From Takakia lepidozioides (lineage: Eukaryota > Plantae > Bryophyta): DNA of 64,000 nucleotides. The notes below the pieces were generated by a model. It saw only the letters and a list, made by a program, of their open reading frames with translations, was not told the DNA's origin and did not search any database. The translations under genes were made by a program, and so were the position numbers. Positions within the stretch are counted from its first letter, which is position 1, and each line of letters starts with the position of its first letter. Of the stretch, positions 46,449-59,933 are shown in pieces. The stretch spans positions 33,542,001-33,606,000 of the forward strand of contig CM060733.1 in NCBI GenBank assembly GCA_030704615.1, given 5' to 3'.

Positions 46449-49400
46449 ATGTTTGCGAGATACATGATGGGGAGAGTGGAAGTGGTTGTGATTGGAGTGG
46501 TTCTTCTGACTTCGGGGCACCTGTGGGCTCAAGTGGATGGTCAAACTCTGCTCCAAGGGCCATTTCTAAAACCCGATGGTCTTTGTGAGACGTTTGTACT
46601 GCAGATACCCGGATATGCGTGCACTGAATATGTGGTGAGTGCAACGATTCATTTCTGCGGTTCTGTGCTCCTAGAGGCGGTTCACAAGGTTGAATGAACG
46701 AAATAGTCAGATGGGTACCTGTAGATGCCCGCATTCGAGAGGCTCGGCTCCTGGAGTGGTTGATTCAGGGAGGGTAAAGGATGAGGGGATAGGTAGATGC
46801 AAAATGTGACCTAAAAAGAGTGACTCAGTTCTAGGGAGAAAGGGCGCTTCGCTGAAATTGGGGGAAGGGGTCTGTAAACATCGACTTGTTTTGAACTTGA
46901 TGCCCAGAGCTCTGAGGAAGAACTTGATCAATATGCAGGTCGGAACAGAGGATGGTTTTAGGCTTGGAGTTCAAAGGATCGCGAGAGGATCCCAATTCAC
47001 GGCAGGGAGGACACCGGTACTTTTCTATCATGGCATTATATCGGTGAGTTTATCCCGCATCCTACAGACAACAGTCTACCTATTTATGATCAACGCTTAT
47101 GTTTGTCAAGTTGTGCTTGGGAGCTGTAGAAAGCATGGAGGTGCACCCCCTAATACGGCATTTGAAACTAGTCTACAGGTATTTCAATGGGTGCTGAGAT
47201 CGTCTCTTTATTACAAACAAGCTTAGACATTATACATAGTTCGACAATGTCGTGATAAATTTACTGTATTGGAAGATTGTACACGAAGAAAAAGGATCTT
47301 GATCTCGAACGTTCACTTTGACAATGAAATGTATGCTGGACGCACTCAAAAACAGGAAGGTGTGCTTACACGTTGACAGGGGGGTGATTCATGGCTTCTC
47401 GAGGCGCCACTCAATTCCCTGCCTCTGCGATTAGCTGATGCCAACTACGACGTGTGGATTGGAAACTCGCGCACTACTACGTACAGCGATGGGCACGTCT
47501 CCTTGATGCGAAGTGATAAGGTTGTCGCGCCGCTTGTTGTTTCTAACTGGCATTTCACATTTTGCGTCTTGGTGGAACTTAGAGAAATCCTCTAGGTTAT
47601 CTCGCATTGTCTGAACTCCTCTGAGTACAGTACTATCTGAATGCAGAAATTTTGGAACTGGAGCTTGGACGATTTGGTTGCTTACGATTTTCCAGCGATG
47701 GTGTTGTTTGTGGCGGCTCAAACAAACAGCAAAATGCACTATGTTGGATATTCTCAGGTATCATTCCAGACTGTCTTGGGTCACTTCAGCTGGCATTTTT
47801 CTACAGTAACCGCTTTTGTGTCGTCGTAGACCTCCATGTACTCACGTTGAAGCACCCCTGTACCAGGGTGATCGATGACGATCTCCAAAGACTAATAGTA
47901 TCTCATGGTATTTAGGTTCGTCTTCTCCTAACATATGTTCAGTCAATCTCAACCCACATGATAGTTTGTCCAGGACTGGTTGAATGCTAACTTAAACCTC
48001 CAAGTAGACAACCAAAACTTCTTCTTTCCGTGGTAGAAAGTCTGCCAGCCGCATATAAGCCTTGTTGGCGCTGCTCAAGGGAAGCAAACGTATTGACTGA
48101 ACGAGCCGAGTGCGCATCATTGGGCTCAGTGCACATGCCAGTTACAGTCTTACCAGTGAAAATAGCCCGAAAATAGCTCCCTAGATTTCTGTATTCGTCC
48201 CACATGGTCCACCTAAAATTAGTTGCCTGATTCATTCTTTTGTAATGCATATATTTGATGAACTAGATTGTGAATCTGTATGCAGGGAACGCAAACGGTA
48301 TTTGCAGCTTGGTCAGAGGGGCAGACAACGATAGAGCTTGTAGATAAAGCGGTGATGTTGGCCCCGGTCGCATATGCAACTGCCGTAACGTCCTCGTTAG
48401 CCCAAATCGGAAGTGCAGTCTACTTAGAGCAGGTAAGAGTAAATATTGCGGCCTGTACCGGGAAGGCGGGGACAGTCATCACCAAGGCACTGAGCTCAAT
48501 TGCAAACACGAATAGAGATGGCATAATCGAATCATGGTAAAGGATGAACATGAATGGAGAAGATCCCTAATCTTGAAGCTTATAAACGATTAGAAATTAG
48601 AGAATCCTAAAGAGAAAAAGATATAGATTGCTTAAATTGTCTTATGATTTAGAAAGCAAACAGATCAGCAAACAGACAGCAAGTCCATCAGTTTATTAGA
48701 CTGGCCAATGGATGGTTCTAACTTTTAATGTCTACCAGACCCCAGGACGATCGGGTTAATATGCAGCATAGCAGGGCTAAAATACTCAACCAAGAGACTC
48801 TGCACTCGTAGCTAGGGAAGGAGAGACGGAGAGAAAGAGACATCTCTCGGTGAAATCTTCCTTCTCAGCAAAGATTTTAAACTAGTGTGGATTGGTGCAG
48901 ATTTTGGCGCAAGCAGGCGTCCACGAGTTCTCATTGTGAGCCTCTCACTTCTGTAGTTTCCTTTTTTGTTTTCTGCTCCATTGGGGACTGCCCTCGCCCT
49001 TTCAATGAGCTTCCCTTCTACTTGAAGAGTAGTTTCCTGGACACCCGTAATCAACGATCATGCAAACTGACTCTCAACGTGCAAACCAGAGAGTGAATTT
49101 TAGATCAGCAGAGTGAGTTTGCATTAGCAGGCAGCTGCTGATCCAAAATTAAGGCACGCTCAACTGGTGCAGCTTTATTAGTTTGTACAAAGTCGTTCAG
49201 AACTTATGACTGCCCAGAGAACGGTTCGTCCAGCATTCAAACAAATCTCCATCATCAAAGATCTGTTCTGTACAACACTAGTTGCCATGATAGAATATAA
49301 CTTATGCGTGCCAGATCGCACTCTCTGACAGTACATTCTGACAGCCTCTAGACTTAACTATGTACATTTGACACCTTGGCTCTGATCACCAGCTCTCTCA

Positions 49401-50361
49401 TCTCCCTTGTGTGTGAGTGTGTCGTGAGGACTCGCCTCATAATCTCATGTCAGTCATCTCCGACAGAAGAGTAAGTCTCCGACAGTACGTCTCCAGTACG
49501 TCCGTCCTAGGTCTGAAATGGATGAATATATCAATAGGTGTTTGGAGTTATCAAGGGATGTGGATGGATTTCAGGCATCTTGCAAAACCCTTCATCGATG
49601 GACTGTGTTCGAGGACAAGCACGCCCAACGCGTGCTACACGGACTACGTGACTGCGTTCACAGGTTGCAGCTTCTCTCTCGACTTCTTCTGCTTTGCAGA
49701 ATTTGTTGTTGACAGTAACTAACGCTGGCATGCATGTCGTGCTGATCAGGAGTCAACTGCTGCTTGAATATGAGTCGCAGAAGTTACTACAACAGATTTG
49801 AAACGCAAAGTACTGCTGTCAAGAATTTTGCACAACTCGCGCAGAGTGAGTGACTTAAATATTTGCCCAAGTTGACGAGACTTTGAATTTGCGGTTATAT
49901 TACTGAAATCTCCTTGAGTAGGAGTAGTTTCTCTGCTGATGGAACTCCGATCTTCAGCTCCCCGAGGTGTTGATTTTTCAGGATCAATTGAAACAGATCA
50001 GAAGCTTAGGCTTCCGAAAGATCACTAACAGTACTTACCGTTTTACAACTTGTGCGCAGTACGGAGAGCGGATCGATTTGCGAAATACGACTATGGCCTC
50101 TTGGGCAACTTATGGAAATACTCATCTTTCAGGTCCCCTTCCTATGACCTGGCAGCCATCCCGGCCTCCAAACAATTCCTCCTTATCTATGGAGGAAAGG
50201 ATGGCCTAGCAGACCCGACTGATGTGCAACGCCTTCTTCAAGAGCTTCCAGGAAACCAGGAAGTGCTCTATCTGCCAGAGTATGCGCATGTTGATTTTAT
50301 GGTTGGATTGACAGCAAACACTGATATTCACCCGAACGTACTAGCATTCTTAAGCCGTTAG
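46449..50361 (+). CDS. Acid triacylglycerol lipase (LIP1/MPL1/lysosomal acid lipase-like alpha/beta hydrolase), multi-exon, N-terminal signal-like segment
   Basis: Exons ~46449-46634 (DGLCETFV..PGYACTEY), 46939-47043 (TEDGFRLGVQRI...PVLFYHG), 47380-47520 (LADANYDVWIGNSR), 47647-47757 (FWNWSLDDLVAYD...HYVGYSQ), 48286-48432 (GT...MLAPVAY), further exons at 49.1-49.85 kb, and 50060-50361 (FAKYDYG...GGKDGLAD...YAHVDF). The Ser (GYSQG), Asp and His triad is present. Confidence 0.92.
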
Positions 50362-53172
50362 ATGAGACAAAATTTGACCCTAATTTAAAGTGGAGTTTTA
50401 AACCTTCCTCGTGGGGCTCTATTTATATTTGCTAGCGGAGATGCCCTCCTCTAAGTACTCCTGCAATTGCAGCAAGAGCGTCGATAATTACATTTGTCAG
50501 AGAAGCTGTATAAACTGCAAGCGGAAGGCGTCCTGAAGGTGATCATTAGTTTGTTCCACCCTGTACCATGGTCCCTGTGGTAAGGAAGGAAAGTTTCCCT
50601 TTCCTTCTCTGCAGAGACATTCATACCTGCAGGTCTTCCGTGCCTATAGAACCTTGCGACCCAATTACCTGTCTGCAGCTATCTCCCTCTACTAAGGGCA
50701 TTGGGTCCAACCTGCAAGTTGCAACGTGAAGACCGACTGTGCCCCGAACAGAAAATCGAAATCGAAGAACATTTCTTCTCTCATACCCAGTACTAGAGTT
50801 CCATTTTGAGGATTAGAAATTCTTAGCAGCATATATCTGCAACATTTGAGTTTTTCTTACTCTGCTTGTAAGGGTCCTGTTAAGTTCTTTGAGCTTTTTA
50901 CGAACGTTACAAGCTAAATCATAAAGTATCATTTCATTTCATGTTCAGACACCACAACTCGCTACTTGGTGGTCAAAAAGTTGACAGTAGAATTTAGTCA
51001 TGTGATCGCTCATGTCCATGGACCTTGTATCCTCCGACGGTCTGGGAGTCTGCGTCGTTAACCCCCCACCGAACGGTGTAGTGTCTACAATTATGGGTCA
51101 TATCATGTTTTGTTTGCTGCTTTACTCTCATCTTCAGAGTTTCCCCATTGGCTACCATCCACATTAATTTTACTGTTCTCTATACTACTGTCCTCTAGGA
51201 AGCCTATTGACATTGGGTGGACTTGAAACGGGAGTACATTAATGTCTCTGTGACTAAATGACCTCGTGTCCTTGTTTGTTTCGACCTGAAGCGCTTTGCT
51301 TCAGGTAAGGTAGTACATTGGATTTAGTTGGAAAGCTTGGGGCCTTTCCCTCTTTAGAATATGCCTACACGGGCCATTCCCTGCAACTCCCTGGAGTGTG
51401 ATCTCTGAATGGTAACAAGCGGACTCCTACCGCTTGGGGGCAGCCCCTCCGCCCAAATTGGGCAGTCGTATGCTCTGTCTAGCATACTCGGCACTTGGGT
51501 TCGGGTTGGTTCCTGTGCTTAAACTTATGGCCTGCGAAAACAATAAAAAATTTAGCTCCTATCAACATCAACACTCCTCAGGGTGGTCCCTGGGAATTGG
51601 TTACTTATGCCAAATCTAGGGCTTCATGTGTAATTTTTGGGGTGAATCCCAGGACGGCTGTTCACAGTGTGATGTTTTGCCATCTTCATGTATCATGGTC
51701 ATGCACTATGGAGCCGTTTCATGTTTTTGTGCCCTCCTCATTATCGAGTACTTCGACCTTGCAGGAACAAGCATCCGAGAATATCTCTCATGAACAAGAT
51801 CCTGCAGTTTGTCTTCGCGCTGGAGAATTAACAACGGATTTATCTCTTAGGTGTTCAAAGGGTAGCAGGTGCAACTGCTACACACATCTACCAGCAGCTT
51901 CCTTCCTTTCCATGATGCTTCAGATTTTGTGCCAGAAAGATCTGTTCCGCTGTTGACCAACCTTGCAGTATCAAGACTCTAAGCCTTAAGGTAAAGCACA
52001 TGGACAAGTGGCGATCTCCATTTGTAAGCAGCCCGCCTTATTTCGGTAAGTAGTTTCTCTCGCAGTTTGCTCCTTCGGGCTTTTGTCTCTTAGCTTCTGC
52101 TTGCGGATAAACTCCGTGTTCTCCCAATGTCGACTCACTGATGAACCTCCACAATATCGATGTAACCAGAGGCTGTGGAGCTTTATTAGCTTCTCTTTAT
52201 TCTAAGGAGGAGATGTCAAAAATCGCTAAGTACCTGTTGCGCCTTCCCCAGGTGTCACCTCCTCTCCTCACCTCCTCTCCTATCCTGAATTCAGTAAGCA
52301 ACCACGAGAGTTGAAGCTGTACAGCAGAAGGAAAAAGAAATGTACAGTTGCGCCATTCCCATACCTTGCCGACAGGGTTTAGGTTTGTTCTTTCAAATTT
52401 CAATGGAATCCAAAGTTTCCAGACTAAGATGTTCATTTGGCCACTTCCCAGTAGTGCCTCAAAGTTTCAGCCATGTCCACCATCATAGCCAACAGTTGAA
52501 AACAGAAAGCAGGGTGGTGGTAAAGGCTTCTGACCCAACTTGAAACTTAGCCTCGCCATGACATTTTCCAGTCACACGCATACCCCACCAGGGAGACTGT
52601 AACCTGTTCTTCCTCATGATATGTAGATTTGGAGTTTGGTTAGATCTTGGGGTTATCACATACTTCCCCCACCAGGTTCGGGTACTGATGATTGGAAACA
52701 TGTCAGTCAGACTATCCATGAAGCATGATTGTTGGGGTTGAAAATGTGCATGACTATCACCTGATTAGCTGCCAAAAGCCGCCTTGTTGCAAGAGTGGGA
52801 ATGAAGATGGCAGTATTCTTATTTCAACTTCAAGATGCACTGTGCCAGAAGTGTGACATTTCAAGAGAAGGCAAGTCTGTGGAACCCCAGGCTTCAGTGC
52901 ATCATCACATCTTCAACTGTCTTTTGCGAAGAAAATACAACCTTGTATGCCTCTACACGAAGCCAACATATACAATCACCCGTCTCAGCCTGCCTGACGG
53001 ACACATACCATATTTCCTGCACTGAAGGCAAAGCATCAACATTTACAATTGCAATTAAAGCCGCACCCAGTTATCCCTGAAATTATTAAATGATGAATTG
53101 TTCAAAATGCCGTGTCTGCCAGTGTATAAAAGCAAAGTTCTGACAACCCACACCAACAGATGCAGCTCAGAT

Positions 53173-56100
53173 CTATTGATGCTTGGAGCCATAGCCATAT
53201 TTCTGCCCATTTTCGATTAGTGCTTTCACTGTGGGCAATCCATAGGGATCACCCTCCTCAATCACCTTGAGCACGGTGCCACCTCCTGTAAACAAGTAAT
53301 ACTTGGCACTATCCAGCGCTGCATGATATAACCCTGGATGGAGACTGCCAACATTCCCACATCCCACCCACTTATCAACTTCTGCAGTCACTTCTTCCAA
53401 TCAGAAATTCCACTGTCAAGTACGGAGGAAGAGAATAGCTTGAACACCATTGTAAACTGTTTGAGGGGTGCACTGGCAGTACAGACAGCACTAAAGCTGC
53501 CAGCTATCGGTGTTCATGTTCAATTGTGTCTCATTAATTTACCCACCTTCAACATATCACAAGTGACCATGTTACTTGGATTTCCAATAAAAACAGGACA
53601 AGATCAAAAGTCCTGATCCTCCAGAAAATGCAAACAAAGACATGGAAAGAAAATTCTTGGAAAAGCAAACTGCCCACACACACAACAGACAACAAGAGAC
53701 TCAAGGTCACACAGCTTGTCTTGGCCAGTCATAGGTGCTAGGTCACCAATTACCTCTTGAACTCCTGCAGAGTATCCCCACCACCGAAAAACTTCTTTGC
53801 AGTGCGATTCCGATCAATTATCTCATCCATTTTGCTAGTGCCATGCCAGAAGGCAGGCATCAAGCCCATAACTGCATTCACAAACACAGTTTTTGCCGAG
53901 CCGAGAGCCTCCAGCAGTTCTGGTGTCTCAAAGGATGCAGGATCCACATCCACCACAAAGTTGTACTCTTGCCCGGGAGTAAAATCCTGTGTACATTCAA
54001 ACAAGTAGAGTATCAAGATGCATGCAGAGAGATTTTTGAGATCTAAGCAGTTCTCTAAACACAACAAATGGAATGCTCAAGAAACATGAATAACAAGGAC
54101 AACTCAAGATCATAAATCTGGTCTCTTCACCTTGGAACTCCTAATTGCTGACTTACTTTCTCACTGGCGCTTGCGTTTTCACAAAACCTTCCCACAATCA
54201 CCGTCTATAGTCGCAAACTTCTTTTCTTGGAACTTGTTCTTATATAAGAAAGCTGAATCCTCAACCTATGACTCTCAAAAAGCTCATCTCTTTGATTGCT
54301 CGGGAATCACATTCTTCGAGGACAGGTGGCCATGCAGGATAGCACAATCCCCATACACATTTGGCAAACATTCCCTCCATACAAGGTTTAATTTGTGTGA
54401 CGTAATTGCTAGTGATTTTTGCAAGCTGGCAGTTTAAAAGACCCCACATACATAGAGCCCAGAAAACATCACCTAAATGTGCCCTACTTGCTGTTACAGA
54501 TCTGGCTGACAATGGAGGCCAAACCTTGGTGTGAATAGTTCGGAATTTTCCTTTAATACGGCCTTCAAGGGTCTCTGTTTCAACAAGCAGTGGGAGCTCC
54601 AGAATCTTCCCTTCTGTCTTATCCTGTTCAACGAGACCTCTTGCCAGCTCAATATCCGAGGTCTGCATGCACACTACAAGAATGCTTTTAGAAAGTGAAC
54701 GAGTTATACTAGCAGGAAAAAACCAGACAAAAGCATCAACAGTCCATGTTTAAAATTCTTACCACCATATGATCCTTCCAAACCACAAAAGCACTGGAAT
54801 CTGAGTCTGGGAGCCCTTACTGGAAAAACACTGTAACTAAAACTCTTCAAATACTGAAACCACCCTCTGAGATCCACAGATTATATGACATTCAAGTGGC
54901 AACGGTTTTACCTCCACACCCTTGATTCTGATGTTGTACTTTGCGCAAAGAAAGGTGTTGTACATAAGCCCACCCAAAATAAGCCTATCAACTTTCTTGT
55001 AGATTTCAGTCAAGGGACCAATTTTGGTATCATACTTGGCCCCAGCAACAATGGCCACAAATGGCCGCGTAGGATTCAGAACTTCCTTCACATGGCATAA
55101 CTCATCCTGCACACAAACGTACAAAAGTCTAGTGGGTTTCCATGCTAGGACTCACCTGACACAAGATTTCAGCAATCTGCACAGCTAGATCATAGCAAAA
55201 AATGAACGAGAACAAATTTAACACAGCATTACAATAGGCAAAATGATAAGGCTTGAGTCCCTCGGAAGTCACAACTGAACAAGAAAGGTGAACCTGCCAC
55301 AAAGTATTTGATCTCAAAGACCGTCCTGTCGATCAAACTTAATTCTATATTTTACATGCACAGGTGGAAGGCAACCTGTAGGCATAGGCCAGCGTAGGAT
55401 GGCAAGTATTTGGTAATATGAAAGGTTGAGGCATGTGCTTGCCATGATCCAAAGGCATCGTTCACATACACATCCGCCAGGCCAGCCAGTTGCACTACAA
55501 ACCGCTCCATTTTTTCACCTTTGTCTTCTTCCCCCTGGCCAAACAGCCAAGTATTTCTGTTCAAACTCTGACTTAACTGGATACATCCAGCCTCTTCTGC
55601 TCTGCTCAATCAGCAAAACTACACGAATACCCCCTTTCAGCTCATCATCTTCAGTTCAATAGGTTAGACTTAAATTCATGCAGTGCATGTGTGCCACGGT
55701 GGCCTTGAAACAAATTATATAGTTCAGACATGGACAGAGTTTATGCGAAGCTCTGCGCACCGCAAACCAACGGGTGTTCGGCAAATAGATGCCACCAATT
55801 TTGCGGGTCTTCAGGTCATGGATGAGCCAGTTGATGGAAGTGTCAATATCAAGAATTCCTTCCTTGTCAGTTGCATGAAACTGTGGTACTGCAAACTTAA
55901 TCCGCAGTTTCCGTTGCAAGTAGCCCACAACAGCATCAACTGAGTCGTCCTGTTTGATTGTCAAAGTCTTGGTCTTTTTGTCATATGGGCGCCCAATGTG
56001 ACTCATTAGGATGGGTCTGATGGAAGAGACGTAACACAAGCACACACGCACACAAATTCTTTGGATAAAAACACAGCCTCAACAAGACAAGCACATAACC

Positions 56101-57050
56101 ATTTTGAAGTTTTGTGAGATTTCAGAGTGCTACTAAGCTCTCTAAACAGCTATGTAACATCTTCTCCTGATGCAATACAACAAAGATTTCAATTGTTTGC
56201 AAAAATGTTGGCTACACAACTCCAATTCCAATTTGGCAAACCAGAACAAAACATAGACTTGTACCTGCCGCCACGTTCAATTATGTTGTACATGGTTGCC
56301 AGAGTGACATCAATCCGATACTGATCCAGAATCTTCCCTGCAAATGGTCTAGAGATATTAATAAAAACGACAGGTTGAAGTTTATCTACCATCGCTTAGC
56401 AGAATAATTTCAAGCAGGACACGTTAGAGGGTTCGACAGTCAGTGTACTGTCTTCCACTCAATTGATCATGCGGTGATGCACCAGGAAGTCTTGAAAACC
56501 TCAGAATTTCAGCCAATTAAATAATGGCTGAAAGCAAAATCAGGTTTTGCAGACTCCGAAAGCTTACTTACACAAAGACTTTGCAGAACAAACAGCGTAT
56601 GTATCAATTGGGCTGGTGAGGCACCCTGGCTTGGACAATCCCAACAAACACCTCTGACTCTTACCGGATGATTTAGCTCTGCACCATATTGTATTGAACT
56701 GACTATCACCGAATTACACCTGGGACGCATTCTTGTCTCGACGAAACAACTGACACCTTCATCACACTATAGATTCCACATGGATTAAGAAATACTGTTG
56801 TCAATGTGAACAATTGGCTCCGCGATTCAACAGATCCGAATTGACTGCAAGCGATTCAAATTAGCGAAGGAGAGGAGCTGGCACCTTTTTTTACCACGTT
56901 GTGATCGACACGGAGGAGAACCACCTTGTCCTTGAGATCGGCATGCTGCAGCAGCGGCAGCCGTTCGTCCAGGTCTGCCGGTACCTGGCCATCGTCCACA
57001 CTGTACCCCACCTTCATCCCGCTCTGATCCCCAGGAACATAAGGCGCCAT
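53173..57050 (-). CDS. PGK: Phosphoglycerate kinase, atypical (bacterial-like) type, 8 exons
   Basis: Spliced motifs KVVLLRVDHNV, RID, PILMSHIGRP, LPNTRWF, DVYVNDAFG, PFVAIVAGAKYDTKI, LILGG, DVDP, VFVNAVMG, GGGDT and FTGGG, separated by GT-AG introns. ATG at 57050, stop at 53173. Confidence 0.93.
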
Positions 57051-59933
57051 ATCTCACACACAAAACCACACACTCACCCAGCTGCAACACACTCTGCAGA
57101 AACTTGCATGAAATCTACAATTGGACTGGATCTCCAGCGTCTTAGGATTGCAGCTTTAGTACTAAGCAAGTGATGAATGGATAAAGATGAGATCTGGCGC
57201 AAAAAGTGCGTGCTATAGATGCGCTCCTACGAGAGCTACGCTACCTGGTCCATGGCGATGCTGCAGCTGCGGCTGGTTGCCAATTCGAGAGAGGAAACCG
57301 CTCAATCTGCCCCGCCAGTGTAGTTCGTCCCCCCTTGTCGTTTCATCTTTAAGTTACCACACCTTCGCTTTCCTTATTTGCCCACGTACAGGTGCTACCG
57401 TGCCCTATCATCCTCTGACTCATCACCCAAACGTGACTCACCTCCTTCACCTCTTGACACGCTCCACAGCTTACCTGTGCTTTATGGGCCCTGCCGAATG
57501 TTTACCAGATCCTTCCAGTAAGAGCGGGTTGTGGGGTTTTGTTGACCTCTTGGCTTCGTGGATCACCACGTACCCTCTTTCCTCGCAGTGACTGTCCAGG
57601 GAATTAAGACGCGTTGCGTATGCAGGAAGGTTCAGGAAAGAATCACATGATTTTGTAATGGAAGTGTACACGTAGCCTGGATCATGCTTTCTAGGATCGG
57701 ACCTGCGCTCTTCACGAAGCAATGCAAACCCAAGTGTGCCCCAGAGCCAGTTAAGATTCCGGAAGGTTTTTACCCGCTACATGTATTCCAAGATCCGTAA
57801 GGATGGCCCACCTTAAAGCGTTGTGTTTCTTTGCGATGTAAGATCCAATTCCATTCCTTTTGGCCTTTTGGGCCCCACACCGAAAGTGAAACAAACGGTG
57901 GACGTAAGGAATTATCCTCGATTCTCCCGCTAGCCAAGCTTTCCGTTGCTCCGGAATGCATGGCAGGCCCCGGCAATCTTTTAGCACGAACAACCTGTCG
58001 CAAGGAGACTCGGGGAGAAGAATTATAGCTCGCTCTGCCTTTGTATAACACCTTCGATCATCGTATAAAAAGATGGATAGTCCGATCTCACCAGCGGTGG
58101 TGCACGTTCTGGCAATAATGTGACAACCACGCATAGCCTTTCTGGGAGTTGCTTGAAGGGATGAGATCGGCCATTCCCGGCTTATATTTGGTAGTCAAAA
58201 TAGAGAATGCAATTGCAAGGCAGGCGCTGTGTGCGCCACCATTCGCTCACTCACGTGTTCTCCGCAGAATCTTCAACGGTACATAGTCTGCTTTAGCATC
58301 TTGCGCTATGCCTTTGAATCTAAAGCACCAGATTTCGCCCACCAACAAATACAATTATATACACCTGGTACACCGGGTTGTTGGAGCTGGCCGCACATCT
58401 TGCAATTCACAAATTCATGGTTTAAATTCACGAGCTTCGAATTCAAGGGGCCGTCATTGCATCCTTTACTCTTAACCTGTATAGCTTTATAAAAAGACCC
58501 AAGTGGGGTGACTGTACAAAATGGGTAAAACTATCCCAAAGGGAAGAAGCAAAATGTCAGCTAGATATAATGATAAACAGCAGCCAAACTGTTGTAGTAT
58601 CACCTACTGCCTGAAGAAGGTCAGCAACAGTTTATAGTGGTGCTATTCTGGACTATGAGCTCTCTTCTACATGCAACTAGGATTGGGTCCACAGAAGCTA
58701 TGAGGCATCTGCAAAAGAGAAGAAAAGCAGCGCGTACTGCTCTCGCTTATCCACATGTGCACAGCACCTCGCTCTTTTCTATGGCTTGCCCATTGCCCGC
58801 AAAAGGTTCAATTTTTCCAGCCCACACAGCAACAGAGAGAAGGAGAGAGACAAGACAAGCAAGAGAGAGAGAGAGACAAGAGGAGGCACACAGCAACGGC
58901 TACAATGGCCGGTAGCTCTTGGCTCACCTATCTGCACATTACTCATCCCACAATGTTTGTAATCAAAAATTATTTACTACAATCTTCGCAAAAGGGTGGG
59001 TTTTTTTTCTTTTGTTTTTGGAAAACAGGGACGGAGGCCCTGGAAATGCATTAAAAAGGCACATAGTTCCAGCCAGTTGTTGTGAAAAATCAGCTATTCC
59101 AGTTCCGGATGCTTGATGTTGATCCGAGAGGAGAGCAAGAACCGTCCATGATTAACTTTATGAAGGATTGAACCCAGGATCTGGCTTGTCACGAGATGCG
59201 GAGGGCCCACTATTGGGACAGCAACCATCATCCAAGAGGTACACTAACGAATGAACGAGGTGAATATAACTCTGCGCTGGATGGATGACCGAATCTGTCC
59301 ATCCCGTTTCTTCCCGCCATGGCGCACTGCAAGGACTCGCTTGAGTGTTTGCGCACTGGGGAGCCGCAGGTCAGAGTTGAGGAGCCATGGGGTCCCAGGA
59401 GCATTCCAGCAATGCCTGATGTTGCAGAGCTTCTAGTGCCAAGTTCAGCTACGCAATGCACCAGCAATTCAGACCTACATTTCTGCCTCTGGGGAGGGAG
59501 CATTTTACACTCTCAGTTGATGTTATGCTAGCGTTGTGTTAGCTCAGAGCATCTATGGGAATAGGTATGTTCAAAGTTTAAATTTGCTTAATGGCTAGCA
59601 TGTTCACTCTCCAGGAATGCCTCGAAGAAAACGTTGTAGTACAGAGCATTTGAAGATGAGAGGTTGTAGTTTCAAGTAGAGGCTTTGCAGGACTTCAAGT
59701 ATGTTTGACATGGAGGGACGGGAGTGAGCTGAGGGAAACCAATTCTGAACTGCTGGATGCTGACCGTGCACAGTCATATTGCAGATCACATAATTGGAGG
59801 AATTGGACAAGTGGTCTATGCTGATCAAGTATGGAGCCATGGCTCTTCCAAATTGTAGGGGAGCAAGCATTTAATTTGGGGATTTCATAATTTTCAATGC
59901 AATTTAAGACGAGGCTCTTAGCTTAATCCCACT

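Noticed and set aside
51200-52100. Exon-like fragments between the lipase and PGK genes
   Set aside because: Some splice-like signals and a 153-aa ORF, but no recognisable motif or consistent gene model.
58637-59531. Short ORFs between PGK and MUTYH
   Set aside because: No domain evidence; they may be 5' UTR or upstream exons of MUTYH, which cannot be determined without transcripts.
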